From a virus (taxonomy: Duplodnaviria > Caudoviricetes), in the IMG/VR virus record IMGVR_UViG_3300030397_000826, positions 1 to 40,952 of that record: DNA of 40,952 bases. The stretch is one strand, 5' to 3'. Positions within the stretch are counted from its first letter, which is position 1; each line of letters opens with the position of its first letter. Position numbers and translations under genes: made by a program. The notes beneath the pieces are model-generated. The model ran no database searches, had not been told where the DNA came from, and saw nothing but the letters and a program-made list of their open reading frames with translations. Shown here piece after piece: positions 1 to 7,747 of this stretch.

Positions 1-113
1 CACCCCACGAATGTCCAGCGATAGCTCAGCGATAGCTCAGCGGCTTTTCAGATGGGATCTGGCCCTGTCAAGAAATGCGTTTTTAACGAGCTGGCTGGTT
101 CGCTCCCAAGGAT
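1..113 (+). repeat. 113-bp exact direct repeat, copy 1 (may extend beyond the window edge)
   Basis: caccccacgaatg...cgctcccaaggat is identical to 518-630; the copies diverge at 114/631. Contains about 2.5 tandem copies of CAGCGATAGCT (16-42). Confidence 0.95.
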
Positions 114-173
114 ACCACAGGGCCCAGAGAGGAACCAAGGGTTTTTTTGGGGGGGCTGCCGAGTAAGGAGACT

Positions 174-467
174 TTAGAGAGCTGGAGAGCGGATGGCAGC
201 GATGTACGAGCCCTGCTCAATGGTGTTTTCGGGCAAATCGGTCGACCCGCAACCAATTAGTTTTGCGGTGCCATCCTTCCTGTACTGAATTATGGCCCAG
301 TGAGCTGATTTGTTGTGGATGTCGATCCCGCATAATGTCCGGCTTGTCCCAGGTGGGACCGAGTCAAATTGCTCTCGTGACACGATGGAGACTGGTAATC
401 CAATCGAAGTGCTCAGAGCGGTTGCAGCTGCTGAGTATCGCAGGAACGTGCGTCGAGTGATGTCCAT
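174..467 (-). CDS. Small protein with twin-arginine-like N-terminus and an RNase H/terminase-nuclease-like segment
   Basis: MDITRRTFLRYSAAATALS resembles a Tat motif. VPPGTSRTLCGIDIHNKSAHW parallels the TerL nuclease start LPPNKDVQITYGCDVGKYLLHW. Confidence 0.6.
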   Translation of the reverse strand: MDITRRTFLRYSAAATALSTSIGLPVSIVSREQFDSVPPGTSRTLCGIDIHNKSAHWAIIQYRKDGTAKLIGCGSTDLPENTIEQGSYIAAIRSPAL

Positions 468-517
468 TGTTGAAGCCCTTTTGAGACGTGGGATCAGATG
501 TTCGATGATAGCTGATC

Positions 518-630
518 CACCCCACGAATGTCCAGCGATAGCTCAGCGATAGCTCAGCGGCTTTTCAGATGGGATCTGGCCCTGTCAAGAAATGCGTTTT
601 TAACGAGCTGGCTGGTTCGCTCCCAAGGAT
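518..630 (+). repeat. 113-bp exact direct repeat, copy 2
   Basis: Identical to 1-113 (offset 517 bp); overlaps the 3' end of ORF 554-754. Confidence 0.95.
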
Positions 631-754
631 CAAGGGTCTCGTCCATACATTTTCGGGCTCTCGCGTTATGATCATCCCTCCGCTGGGAGTAGATTGAGCG
701 GGCGAGCCTGAGGACCTCTTCGCTGGTTGGATTATCTGATCCTGATTGTGTCAT
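554..754 (-). CDS. Hypothetical protein (66 aa)
   Basis: Start placed at ATG 754 (MTQSGSDNPTSEEVLRLAR...) because the upstream GTG lies inside an RNA-like fold. Confidence 0.5.
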   Translation of the reverse strand: MTQSGSDNPTSEEVLRLARSIYSQRRDDHNARARKCMDETLDPWERTSQLVKNAFLDRARSHLKSR

Positions 755-771
755 TTTGCTTTTAATCCAAT

Positions 772-858
772 GCGGTCGCGCTCGACGATTATCGGGCTGA
801 GCCCGCTTCACGCATCGCTGGGTCCCCAGTGCTCTCCGCTTGAGCTACGAGCCACCGC
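772..858 (-). ncRNA. tRNA-like structure with canonical D-arm but no anticodon loop or T-loop
   Basis: Minus strand GCGGT-G-GCTCG TA GCTC AAGCGGA GAGC A CTGG GGAC CCAG CGAT..CGGGC TCA GCCCG..ATCG T CGAGC-GCG-ACCGC. The ends pair, and the D-arm matches the tRNA consensus TAGCTCA..GG.AGAGCA. Confidence 0.45.
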
Positions 859-908
859 TCTTGCAAGCCATTGAAAAAAGGGAGACGCGCGAGTTTTGCC
901 AGCCAATA

Positions 909-996
909 AGTGCTCTACCACTGAGCTATCGAGGCTAGTTGGTCGACATAGTGCCCCGAGTTGGATTCGAACCAACGACCACTGCGTTATCAGCGC
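909..996 (-). tRNA. Circularly permuted tRNA-Ile(GAU): 3' half (996-952), 16-nt linker, 5' half (935-909)
   Basis: 3' half GCG CT GAT AA CGCAG TGGTC GTTGG TTCGAAT CCAAC TCGGGGC A; 5' half GCCTCGA TA GCTC AGTGGTA GAGC A CT. Acceptor GCCTCGA/TCGGGGC pairs (one G-U). The joined anticodon stem CTGCG/CGCAG is perfect. No encoded CCA. Confidence 0.8.
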
Positions 997-1059
997 TGTT
1001 TGTATGCTGAGCGGATTGGTCGCGTCTCACTGGTCTGGAGCGAACAGGCCCCATAAGGT

Positions 1060-2670
1060 TCACTGAGTCTTGGCATCCCTCACGATGTTAGCCATGTGAG
1101 GCCCGACCTTGTCCGTATTGGACCCACTGACCAGTTCGATGTCGTATGGGTGATGCCCGAACTCGTCCTCGGTTGTGAGGGCTGAGAAGGCTGTGTCCGT
1201 GGTGGTCAGCGAGGCCTCGAGCAGAGTACTGCTGGCGACCGTGATGGTCTTCTGGAGCAGAACCGCTCGGGTGGTCCGATGCCTAATCGTCAGGGTCGCA
1301 GCCCAGCCTGTATAGTCCTTGGTAACAGTCCAGGCCAGCTTGGCCTTTGCCACTCCATCGTAGGTTGCGCCCCGAATAATCTCGATTTCGTTCGTGTTCG
1401 GGTCGACCGGGGAGCTGGTGGTCACGGTTCCAGAGCCAATCAGGGTGATAATCTGATCCTGTTTGGCCTCGGTCGCGTCTCCTCCTCCGCCACCTCCGCT
1501 GCCGACATCGTCAAGGGTCTTCGTCGTTGCTGCGTCGGCATTGTCGTAGAAGGTGTTGAAGTTGCCCGCGATCCTTCCCGAAGAGGTTTCGGTCACTGCT
1601 GACCCAGAGATTTGCTCGAGGTTCGAATTGACGATTCCGCCAGCGCTGATCACGAGGCTGCCCCAGTTTGAAGGAGCAGAGCTGGCCAGGAGCGGAGCGT
1701 AGTTGGGCTGTGAGCTTGCCAAAATGGCTCCGTCTGCCCCTGTTAGGGTATCAAGGTCCGCTTGAGCGGTCGCAACCGCTGCTGCGTTAGAAGTGAAGGA
1801 AGAGGCTGTCTCGTCGCGATGGGCCTCGAGTGAATCGGTTGTGTTGCTGAAGGAATCCCAGTCTGCGGTCGCTGACTTGGAGACCAGTTTGGCGATAATC
1901 GAATTGTCAGTCACGTCGGTTCCAATGACCGCTGCTGCGACCAGGTGGTCAAGGCCGATGTCAGCGAGAGCGGTGTCGACCTGAGAGTTGATGCTCGCCA
2001 AGGCTCCAATAGAGAGGTCGACCAGGTCGCTAGTAACATCGAAATACGATGCAGCTACCAGGGTCCGCGCTTCGAACTCAGCCACGGTCGGGAGATCGGC
2101 AATGTCAGCGGATACCGAGGCTCCTGCTGGGGCTCCGAGCCTGGCGAATGAATCCCCGGTTTGAACCGTGTTGCCCGTGTACGTGGTGATCGTATCGCAG
2201 AGCTGGATGTCGGTGCCGCTCAGGTCTACCGCTGAACTCGGGTTTTCAACGTTGGCCCAGTCGATTCCTGCAGTTCCTCCTGCGGTCACGTCCAAAGTCC
2301 TGCCGGCAGTTGTTGGCTTGAGGAATCCGGTCGCCCCTGACCCAAACAGATCGTCGTAGATCGCCTCCTCGAGGACCGTGAACTTGAAGACCACGACTAG
2401 GGCTCCTGAGATTAAGATGGATCCAGCCAGCTCACCAACCGTATCGGTATCAGTCGCATCGAATGTCAGCGAGTACATTCCGTTGTTACGATGGGTTCCT
2501 CCTCCGCTGTTTTTGTTGGCTCCTGCTGCTCCGTTTTTGCTCAGCTTGACGTCCGTGTTGGCGATCGTGAGACCAGTTTCAAGAGTTTTGAAATCGGTGT
2601 CGTCTACGAAGGGCCCGACCAGTCGCGATTGGCTGGCTGTCGATTGCTTTAGAAATCCGTTATTCATCAT
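1060..2670 (-). CDS. Putative virion structural/tail-fibre-like protein (536 aa)
   Basis: T/A/D/G-rich, repeated ADL/ADI helical-like segments, Gly linker (GSGGGGGGD), beta-rich C-terminal domain. Confidence 0.6.
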   Translation of the reverse strand: MMNNGFLKQSTASQSRLVGPFVDDTDFKTLETGLTIANTDVKLSKNGAAGANKNSGGGTHRNNGMYSLTFDATDTDTVGELAGSILISGALVVVFKFTVLEEAIYDDLFGSGATGFLKPTTAGRTLDVTAGGTAGIDWANVENPSSAVDLSGTDIQLCDTITTYTGNTVQTGDSFARLGAPAGASVSADIADLPTVAEFEARTLVAASYFDVTSDLVDLSIGALASINSQVDTALADIGLDHLVAAAVIGTDVTDNSIIAKLVSKSATADWDSFSNTTDSLEAHRDETASSFTSNAAAVATAQADLDTLTGADGAILASSQPNYAPLLASSAPSNWGSLVISAGGIVNSNLEQISGSAVTETSSGRIAGNFNTFYDNADAATTKTLDDVGSGGGGGGDATEAKQDQIITLIGSGTVTTSSPVDPNTNEIEIIRGATYDGVAKAKLAWTVTKDYTGWAATLTIRHRTTRAVLLQKTITVASSTLLEASLTTTDTAFSALTTEDEFGHHPYDIELVSGSNTDKVGPHMANIVRDAKTQ

Positions 2671-3383
2671 GCACCCATTTGTCGGAGGTGGTGAAAGGAG
2701 GTCCCACTCGGCAGTTCATCGTACAGAATGCCGTTGCCGGAGTTCCACATCGTTGATCTTTCGTCCGCGGTCCACACATGGTTTTCTGCGATCGCAACAC
2801 TCATCATATCGCCCAGCAGTTGTGTCGAGGCCACGTTGGACCAGGATCGCTGGTATAAGCGGAAAGGAGCGGTTCCTGTGTCCTTGGCTCCCAGGCCCGT
2901 TATGCTTGCTGTCCCCTGGCTGACATTGTCCATGAAGAGCTCGACGTCAGAGCCGTCGCAGGTCCAGGCCCACCAATACCAGGTCGCAGTCGAAGGGGCT
3001 GCCAAGGCTGCGATGTCAACAAACGAACCTGCCCCATCATAGAGTCGAAACGTCAGTTTTTTGCTGTCTGCGTTGCGGAAGAAAGCCCATAGGTACTGGT
3101 CCCCTCCTGATCCATCGGATTGGCTGACCACTGAAGCATTGCTGGTGAGCGTGTTAATGCGGACCCAGCCAGCCAGGGAGAGCGAGGTGTAGTAGCTCAG
3201 GGGTGCGACTGTGTCGCCTGCATAATCGTTCGTGGCATTGGCGTTTCCCACGTCCTGGCTGTTGGGTCCTCCTCCCGATGTCGTGGTGAGCGTCCCGTTC
3301 TCAGTCAGGGTCCAAGACGCATGCTGATCAGTCAGATCGTCCGGGTTGTCCCACCAGTGGCTGAGATTGTCTTTAATTCCCAT
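2667..3383 (-). CDS. LamG/concanavalin A-like lectin-domain protein
   Basis: Probable start ATG 3383 (MGIKDNLSHWW). SLAGWVR, WYWWAWTCDGSDVELFMDNV and WTADERSTMWNSGNG are typical LamG-like motifs. Confidence 0.75.
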   Translation of the reverse strand: MGIKDNLSHWWDNPDDLTDQHASWTLTENGTLTTTSGGGPNSQDVGNANATNDYAGDTVAPLSYYTSLSLAGWVRINTLTSNASVVSQSDGSGGDQYLWAFFRNADSKKLTFRLYDGAGSFVDIAALAAPSTATWYWWAWTCDGSDVELFMDNVSQGTASITGLGAKDTGTAPFRLYQRSWSNVASTQLLGDMMSVAIAENHVWTADERSTMWNSGNGILYDELPSGTSFHHLRQMGA

Positions 3384-4650
3384 CGAACAGGCCCAGCTCG
3401 AGAATTTGCTCGGCAACCCACTCGGCGCGGGCTTGATACCCTGGTTGGGTGTGGTGAACTCCACTTTGGTCCAGGTCCGCGAAGATTCCTGACTTCTCCC
3501 AGTCTAGAAAATAGGATGGAGCGGTCGAGGCCCGCATCAGCGCATTAAACTCGATCACCACAGCAGGCAGCTCGGGTCGCTTGGTGATTGTATGCAGCCC
3601 GATAAAAATGGTCGCAAAGCCTGCCTGCTCATACTCCGTGAGTGTTTGCTCTACGAGACCTGCGACGTAGCCAGGTCCTTGCCCTGCGATGATGTTATTC
3701 GCGCCACACGAGACGATCGCGATTTTGGTGGGATAGCCGGCAGCGCGAGAGGATGCCAGCCCAATGCGCGATCGAATTGCACCCACCCCATTCCCCGGAG
3801 TCGCCATGTTGAACGAATCGTGTGGGACCGTGATTTGAACCTGGTCGACAATTCCCATTGACGTCGAGGCGAACCCGTCGCCAGGGTTCATCAGGGAGTC
3901 GCCATCGTAAACCACGAAGACTTCTCGCTCGCCTTGGAGGGGGACCGACCAGCGGCCCTGCTGTCTTTCGCATTCCGCAAACCACTGCTTTTCGGTCGCC
4001 TGATCACTGACCCACAACTCGTGAATTCCCCCCGCGAATCGGTTGGCTGGGCTCGTCGGGAGATTCCCCAGGAACCCTTGAGCAATCACCGGGGGGGCCA
4101 TGGGTGCGGTAAACGTCTGCCCGTTGTAGTACAGCTGGGCGACCGACCCGCTCTGGAAGTAGCCCAGCGTCTGAACAGCGTGTGACCCCTTGATTCCCAG
4201 GTTGTGCCCACCGAGGTGTAGTTCAGCGATCCCTGCCGCATCGTGGACGAAACTGACCTCGAATCCTGCCAGCCTGACGAGCGGATGCTCACTTCCAAAC
4301 TTGCCGAACTTGGGCGAGATTGTGATCACTCCCGCGGTCGAATCCGTGGATCCAAACTCGGGAAACTCGATCGATCCGAAATTGTTGTGGATGAAGATCT
4401 GCTCGCGACCGTAAGGATCAATGCCCCAGAGCGCGTTGAAGGCTCCGGGCTCGGAATGGGGAGACAACCCCTCGAACCCTTGTCGGCTCGACATAACGGT
4501 CTTCACGAGCGACCGGTTGAACTCATCTGACCCGTCCAGTTCAACGGATGTGGCTGAGTAATAGACTCCGATGTTAAATCCGCTCTGCGCGTCCGCACAG
4601 GATGTCATCGCCAGGAGACCGAGAAAAATTAGCGCACGATAGAGTTCCAT
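3373..4650 (-). CDS. Exported SGNH/GDSL hydrolase with N-terminal beta-sandwich domain
   Basis: Hydrophobic N-terminus ending LAMTSC. SGNH blocks: YDGDSL (I), NMATPGNG (II), GANN (III), DQSGVHHT (V). Confidence 0.8.
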   Translation of the reverse strand: MELYRALIFLGLLAMTSCADAQSGFNIGVYYSATSVELDGSDEFNRSLVKTVMSSRQGFEGLSPHSEPGAFNALWGIDPYGREQIFIHNNFGSIEFPEFGSTDSTAGVITISPKFGKFGSEHPLVRLAGFEVSFVHDAAGIAELHLGGHNLGIKGSHAVQTLGYFQSGSVAQLYYNGQTFTAPMAPPVIAQGFLGNLPTSPANRFAGGIHELWVSDQATEKQWFAECERQQGRWSVPLQGEREVFVVYDGDSLMNPGDGFASTSMGIVDQVQITVPHDSFNMATPGNGVGAIRSRIGLASSRAAGYPTKIAIVSCGANNIIAGQGPGYVAGLVEQTLTEYEQAGFATIFIGLHTITKRPELPAVVIEFNALMRASTAPSYFLDWEKSGIFADLDQSGVHHTQPGYQARAEWVAEQILELGLFDGN

Positions 4651-5897
4651 GAATTTCCTTCCTCTGTGACGGGAGAGCTGTACTTCGGCATTCGCGCCGA
4701 ATCAAATGATGTGTTGTCTCTGATCACCACGTCTTGAGTGAATCCGGTGGTGATGATTGGTCGCGTCCCTCCGTAGTTTCGGTTCCCCTCGAGAAGAGCC
4801 CGCTCACACCAGCCTTGTGAGGCTGACGAGTTGATCACCAGCCCAGCCCTGCCGTTGTCCATAGTACGGTTGGACCTGAAGTCGACCGTGAACACGTGGC
4901 TATTATTGCCGTGACCGATTCCGAACCTGGGACCTACCACGAGGTTGTTGTGAGCCTCGCTGGCTCGCGTGTGCTGGAAATGAATCCCGAACTGCCCCTG
5001 AGCCATGCGGACCTTGTTGCCCTCCGCTCGTGCGCGGGCTTGTGGCCACTTGAACTTGATGCCGATCGTCCGTGACACCGGCCCCGTTACCCCAGCGACC
5101 ACACAGTCTTTGACGAGTACTCCGGTCGAGTAGATCGCTGACACAAAGTTGGCTTGCTGTGACCCGAAGACTCTGATTGCTGAGCACTCTTCGATGGTGC
5201 CTGGAGCCAGGTACACCCAGATGTTGTCCTGCCTCGAGGGAGCGGCGATGATGTCCTCGGCTGTGTTCCGCCTCACCTCTACGTCCGCTGGCCAGGGATA
5301 GGATCCTGGCAGCCAATCGAATCCAAACCCACCAAATGTACCGACCGCTCTGAACTGTCGGATCGTATTGCCCAGCACTCGAGTGTTGTCAAATCGGCGC
5401 GAGATCACCCACACGCAGTGAGCTGACCGCTCGACCGACCCTGTAAAGTGACAGTCCAAGATCGCCATTCCGTGCACCTGGGACGTCCGCATAAACACTG
5501 CAGATCGGCAGTTTGTGAACGTGCAATTTTGAATGACCACGTCGTCCTGACTCAGGGATTCGTTGGTCTGGACAACCACTCGGTTCCAGCCTTCGAACTC
5601 GATGTCGTGAGCAGCAATGCTGACCCCAGCGGTGTTGAGAAAATTCTGCCCAGCACCGATCATCCGCACCGGACCGTTGTGAGCGTACAAGGTGACCGGC
5701 CTGCCCTGCTGTAAGAAAATGCCTGGCCACGACCGCAGATCATAGGACCCTGCCTCGAGAGGGATCAGCCCTCCGCGATACATGGCTTTTTGCAGCCAGG
5801 CGACTCGGTCAGGCTGACCAACCGCAGGGGTGTGGTTTAACAAAGCCACCACTAGGCTCAACAAAACCACGTGCAGCCAGGAGCGACTCGTCTTCAT
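4629..5897 (-). CDS. Exported right-handed beta-helix (pectate-lyase-like) protein
   Basis: Probable start ATG 5897 with a signal-peptide-like stretch. Repeating motifs VVIQNCTFTNC, MAILDCHFTG, RVLGNTI, VVIRDNT. Confidence 0.7.
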   Translation of the reverse strand: MKTSRSWLHVVLLSLVVALLNHTPAVGQPDRVAWLQKAMYRGGLIPLEAGSYDLRSWPGIFLQQGRPVTLYAHNGPVRMIGAGQNFLNTAGVSIAAHDIEFEGWNRVVVQTNESLSQDDVVIQNCTFTNCRSAVFMRTSQVHGMAILDCHFTGSVERSAHCVWVISRRFDNTRVLGNTIRQFRAVGTFGGFGFDWLPGSYPWPADVEVRRNTAEDIIAAPSRQDNIWVYLAPGTIEECSAIRVFGSQQANFVSAIYSTGVLVKDCVVAGVTGPVSRTIGIKFKWPQARARAEGNKVRMAQGQFGIHFQHTRASEAHNNLVVGPRFGIGHGNNSHVFTVDFRSNRTMDNGRAGLVINSSASQGWCERALLEGNRNYGGTRPIITTGFTQDVVIRDNTSFDSARMPKYSSPVTEEGNSWNSIVR

Positions 5898-5907
5898 GGG
5901 TCTGCCC

Positions 5908-6288
5908 TTATGCGGGGACGTTGCAGGCGATAAGTTTTGCCAATGCGACGACCGCCAGCTCGGCACACAGAATTTCACAGGCAGTCGGATCGGCCCCGGA
6001 CACGATCCGCTGAGGCAGCTTTAACATCTCACGCAGCGTTTTGCGAAATTCGACGACCCCAGCCTCGACGGAGCGGAAGGTCGCATTGCGAATGGTAACA
6101 TCCTTTATCTTGAGAATGTCTGCGATCCGAAGTTTGCACCAGCTCTTTTTGGCTTCCATGGTGTCGAGAGAAAGCGCGAGCGGACCTCCTTTTTTGGCTA
6201 CTGATTCATGGCGGCCGATAAAGGTCGAGATCTCTTCCTCGATGATCTTCAACACGATGTCTATTTCTTTTTTCAACTTCTGCGACAT
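5908..6288 (-). CDS. Hypothetical protein (126 aa)
   Basis: Fills the gap in a co-directional gene string; AAAGG upstream. Confidence 0.6.
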   Translation of the reverse strand: MSQKLKKEIDIVLKIIEEEISTFIGRHESVAKKGGPLALSLDTMEAKKSWCKLRIADILKIKDVTIRNATFRSVEAGVVEFRKTLREMLKLPQRIVSGADPTACEILCAELAVVALAKLIACNVPA

Positions 6289-6292
6289 AACT

Positions 6293-6727
6293 TCACCAGC
6301 CTTTCAGGAAGAACCCAGTAAATTCCACATCTCCGTTTCGAATCCGCTCCTCCGCCAGCCGCTTGAACTCCTCGGCTTTGGCAAGGGGCTCGCTCCGCGC
6401 CTCGAGTTCCGCCTGCAGCTCAGCGATCTGCTGATCCTTGAACATCACCACTATCCCGAGGCGCTCTTCTACCACCTTCAGGCGGGCTTCGAAGTTCGAA
6501 TCTGCGGTGTCTCCCATTCTTTGATTGTGGGTGAAGGTTGCGATCGCATAAACACCAAGCACCATCGCGCAGGCGATCAGGACCCGCTGCCCCATCAGCG
6601 CCTCGGCGAGCTTTAGGGCCCTACCGCGCATAAAGTCGAGGGTCAGCACAACCGTACTTGCAAAGACAATGATGGCTAGAGCCCACCAGTAAGGGCCAAG
6701 AATAGCATCCATTTTTGATCTACCCAA
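6293..6727 (-). CDS. Two-TM protein with C-terminal coiled coil (possible lysis accessory)
   Basis: Hydrophobic WWALAIIVFASTVVLTL and VLIACAMVLGVYAIATF, followed by heptad-like QQIAELQAELEAR. Confidence 0.65.
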   Translation of the reverse strand: MGRSKMDAILGPYWWALAIIVFASTVVLTLDFMRGRALKLAEALMGQRVLIACAMVLGVYAIATFTHNQRMGDTADSNFEARLKVVEERLGIVVMFKDQQIAELQAELEARSEPLAKAEEFKRLAEERIRNGDVEFTGFFLKGW

Positions 6728-6965
6728 GAAAAAAGGATGTCGGGACTGTCGCTGGAATCGTGGTCGCTCGCCAAGCGGTGATTGTCAGGACAATGCCAGT
6801 GATGATCACTATCAGGAAGAGTAATGCATAAAACAGGTAAACGCCACCTTTCGCTCGGAGTAATTCTTTGGCGATTGCCCACAGGAATGGCCCCTTGGCT
6901 TTCAAGTCCAGGACCTCGAGTTCGTCCTTCTCATGGCCATCGAGTTCTGGTTTGTCATCAGTCAC
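6720..6965 (-). CDS. Small membrane protein, holin-like candidate
   Basis: 81 aa, charged N-terminus, long hydrophobic segment VYLFYALLFLIVIITGIVLTI; GGAG RBS. Confidence 0.6.
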   Translation of the reverse strand: MTDDKPELDGHEKDELEVLDLKAKGPFLWAIAKELLRAKGGVYLFYALLFLIVIITGIVLTITAWRATTIPATVPTSFFLG

Positions 6966-7060
6966 AACGATGGCTCCAAGAAAATCAGGTCCCCTCGCTT
7001 TGCTGCGTGTAGTCTTTGCCGAGACCCCAGCTCAGCTCAGGGACCGTGAATCTCTGTTGG

Positions 7061-7633
7061 TCAGTGGCATCCCCCCGCAAATGCACGTGCACGCTGGGAT
7101 CTTCGTGCCTGTCGAAACTGGCGACGAGCACGAAAGGTTTGTGCTGAGCAGGCGGTGTAAGCTTCAAATCCAGCCCCGATCCCTTCCAGGATGCAGCCAA
7201 AGGCAGATGCCCTTCTTGGTCGATTCGCGCCTTGGGCACACCCCCCATTGGTTTGGTAGTATCCTAGCTGCTGACTGCATCCAAAGTCTAAGGAATTACT
7301 GCAGGCAAATTCCACAGGCTGGAAGCAGGCTGGCTGAGCAGCCATTTGGAAACATGAATTCGATCGCTGAGCACACGCGTTGTACCTGGCTGGTTGCACG
7401 CAGGCTGGCTCCGCCATCATCACTGAGGGTGCTGGTGAGTACGTGGTAGTCGTGGTCGTGAGCACTTGTGTGGGCGAGGCCTCGAAGCCAGAACACAGCG
7501 ATTCCGAACACTCGGGCTCAAACTCTGGCTGACCGACTGGATCGGCCACGAACATGCGATGGTCTGTACCCATCGCTGGGACTGTAAGTAGCGCAATCGC
7601 GATCGTAGCAATTGCAAGTTGAAACGTCTTCAT
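7061..7633 (-). CDS. Secreted Cys/Gln-rich protein with Arg-rich C-terminus
   Basis: GAGGAG RBS; signal peptide MKTFQLAIATIAIALLTVPAMG; scattered Cys; RARRQFRQARRSQRAR tail. Confidence 0.7.
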   Translation of the reverse strand: MKTFQLAIATIAIALLTVPAMGTDHRMFVADPVGQPEFEPECSESLCSGFEASPTQVLTTTTTTYSPAPSVMMAEPACVQPARYNACAQRSNSCFQMAAQPACFQPVEFACSNSLDFGCSQQLGYYQTNGGCAQGANRPRRASAFGCILEGIGAGFEAYTACSAQTFRARRQFRQARRSQRARAFAGGCH

Positions 7634-7656
7634 CTTCGAGTCTCCTCAACAAGAAC

Positions 7657-7742
7657 AAAAAAGGTGTGGCTGGGCTGCCCAGGCCCGTACAGCGGAGAAT
7701 GGAAACCGCTGGCTGAGCCCTCGTCTCTTCAGCCTCAGCCAC
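7657..7742 (-). promoter_or_regulatory. Structured intergenic RNA (cloverleaf/attenuator-like) ending in a U-run
   Basis: Outer stem GTGGCTG/CAGCCAC encloses GCTGA/TCAGC, CAGCGG/CCGCTG and GGC/GCC arms, followed by ACCTTTTTT. Confidence 0.45.
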
Positions 7743-7747
7743 GTGTG

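Noticed and set aside
16-45. GATAGCTCAGCGG on the plus strand resembles a tRNA D-arm start (also at 533-562)
   Set aside because: No GAGC closing strand, anticodon arm or TTCGA T-loop follows; it is part of the 11-bp tandem repeat.
1-630. Direct repeat as a CRISPR array or terminal repeat
   Set aside because: Only two 113-bp copies 517 bp apart, no spacer periodicity, no cas genes, and no match to the far end of the window.
952-996. tRNA 3' half as a simple attP/attR core
   Set aside because: An att duplication would not explain the matching 5' half placed 16 nt downstream, and no integrase is seen. It cannot be fully excluded because the genome may extend beyond the window.
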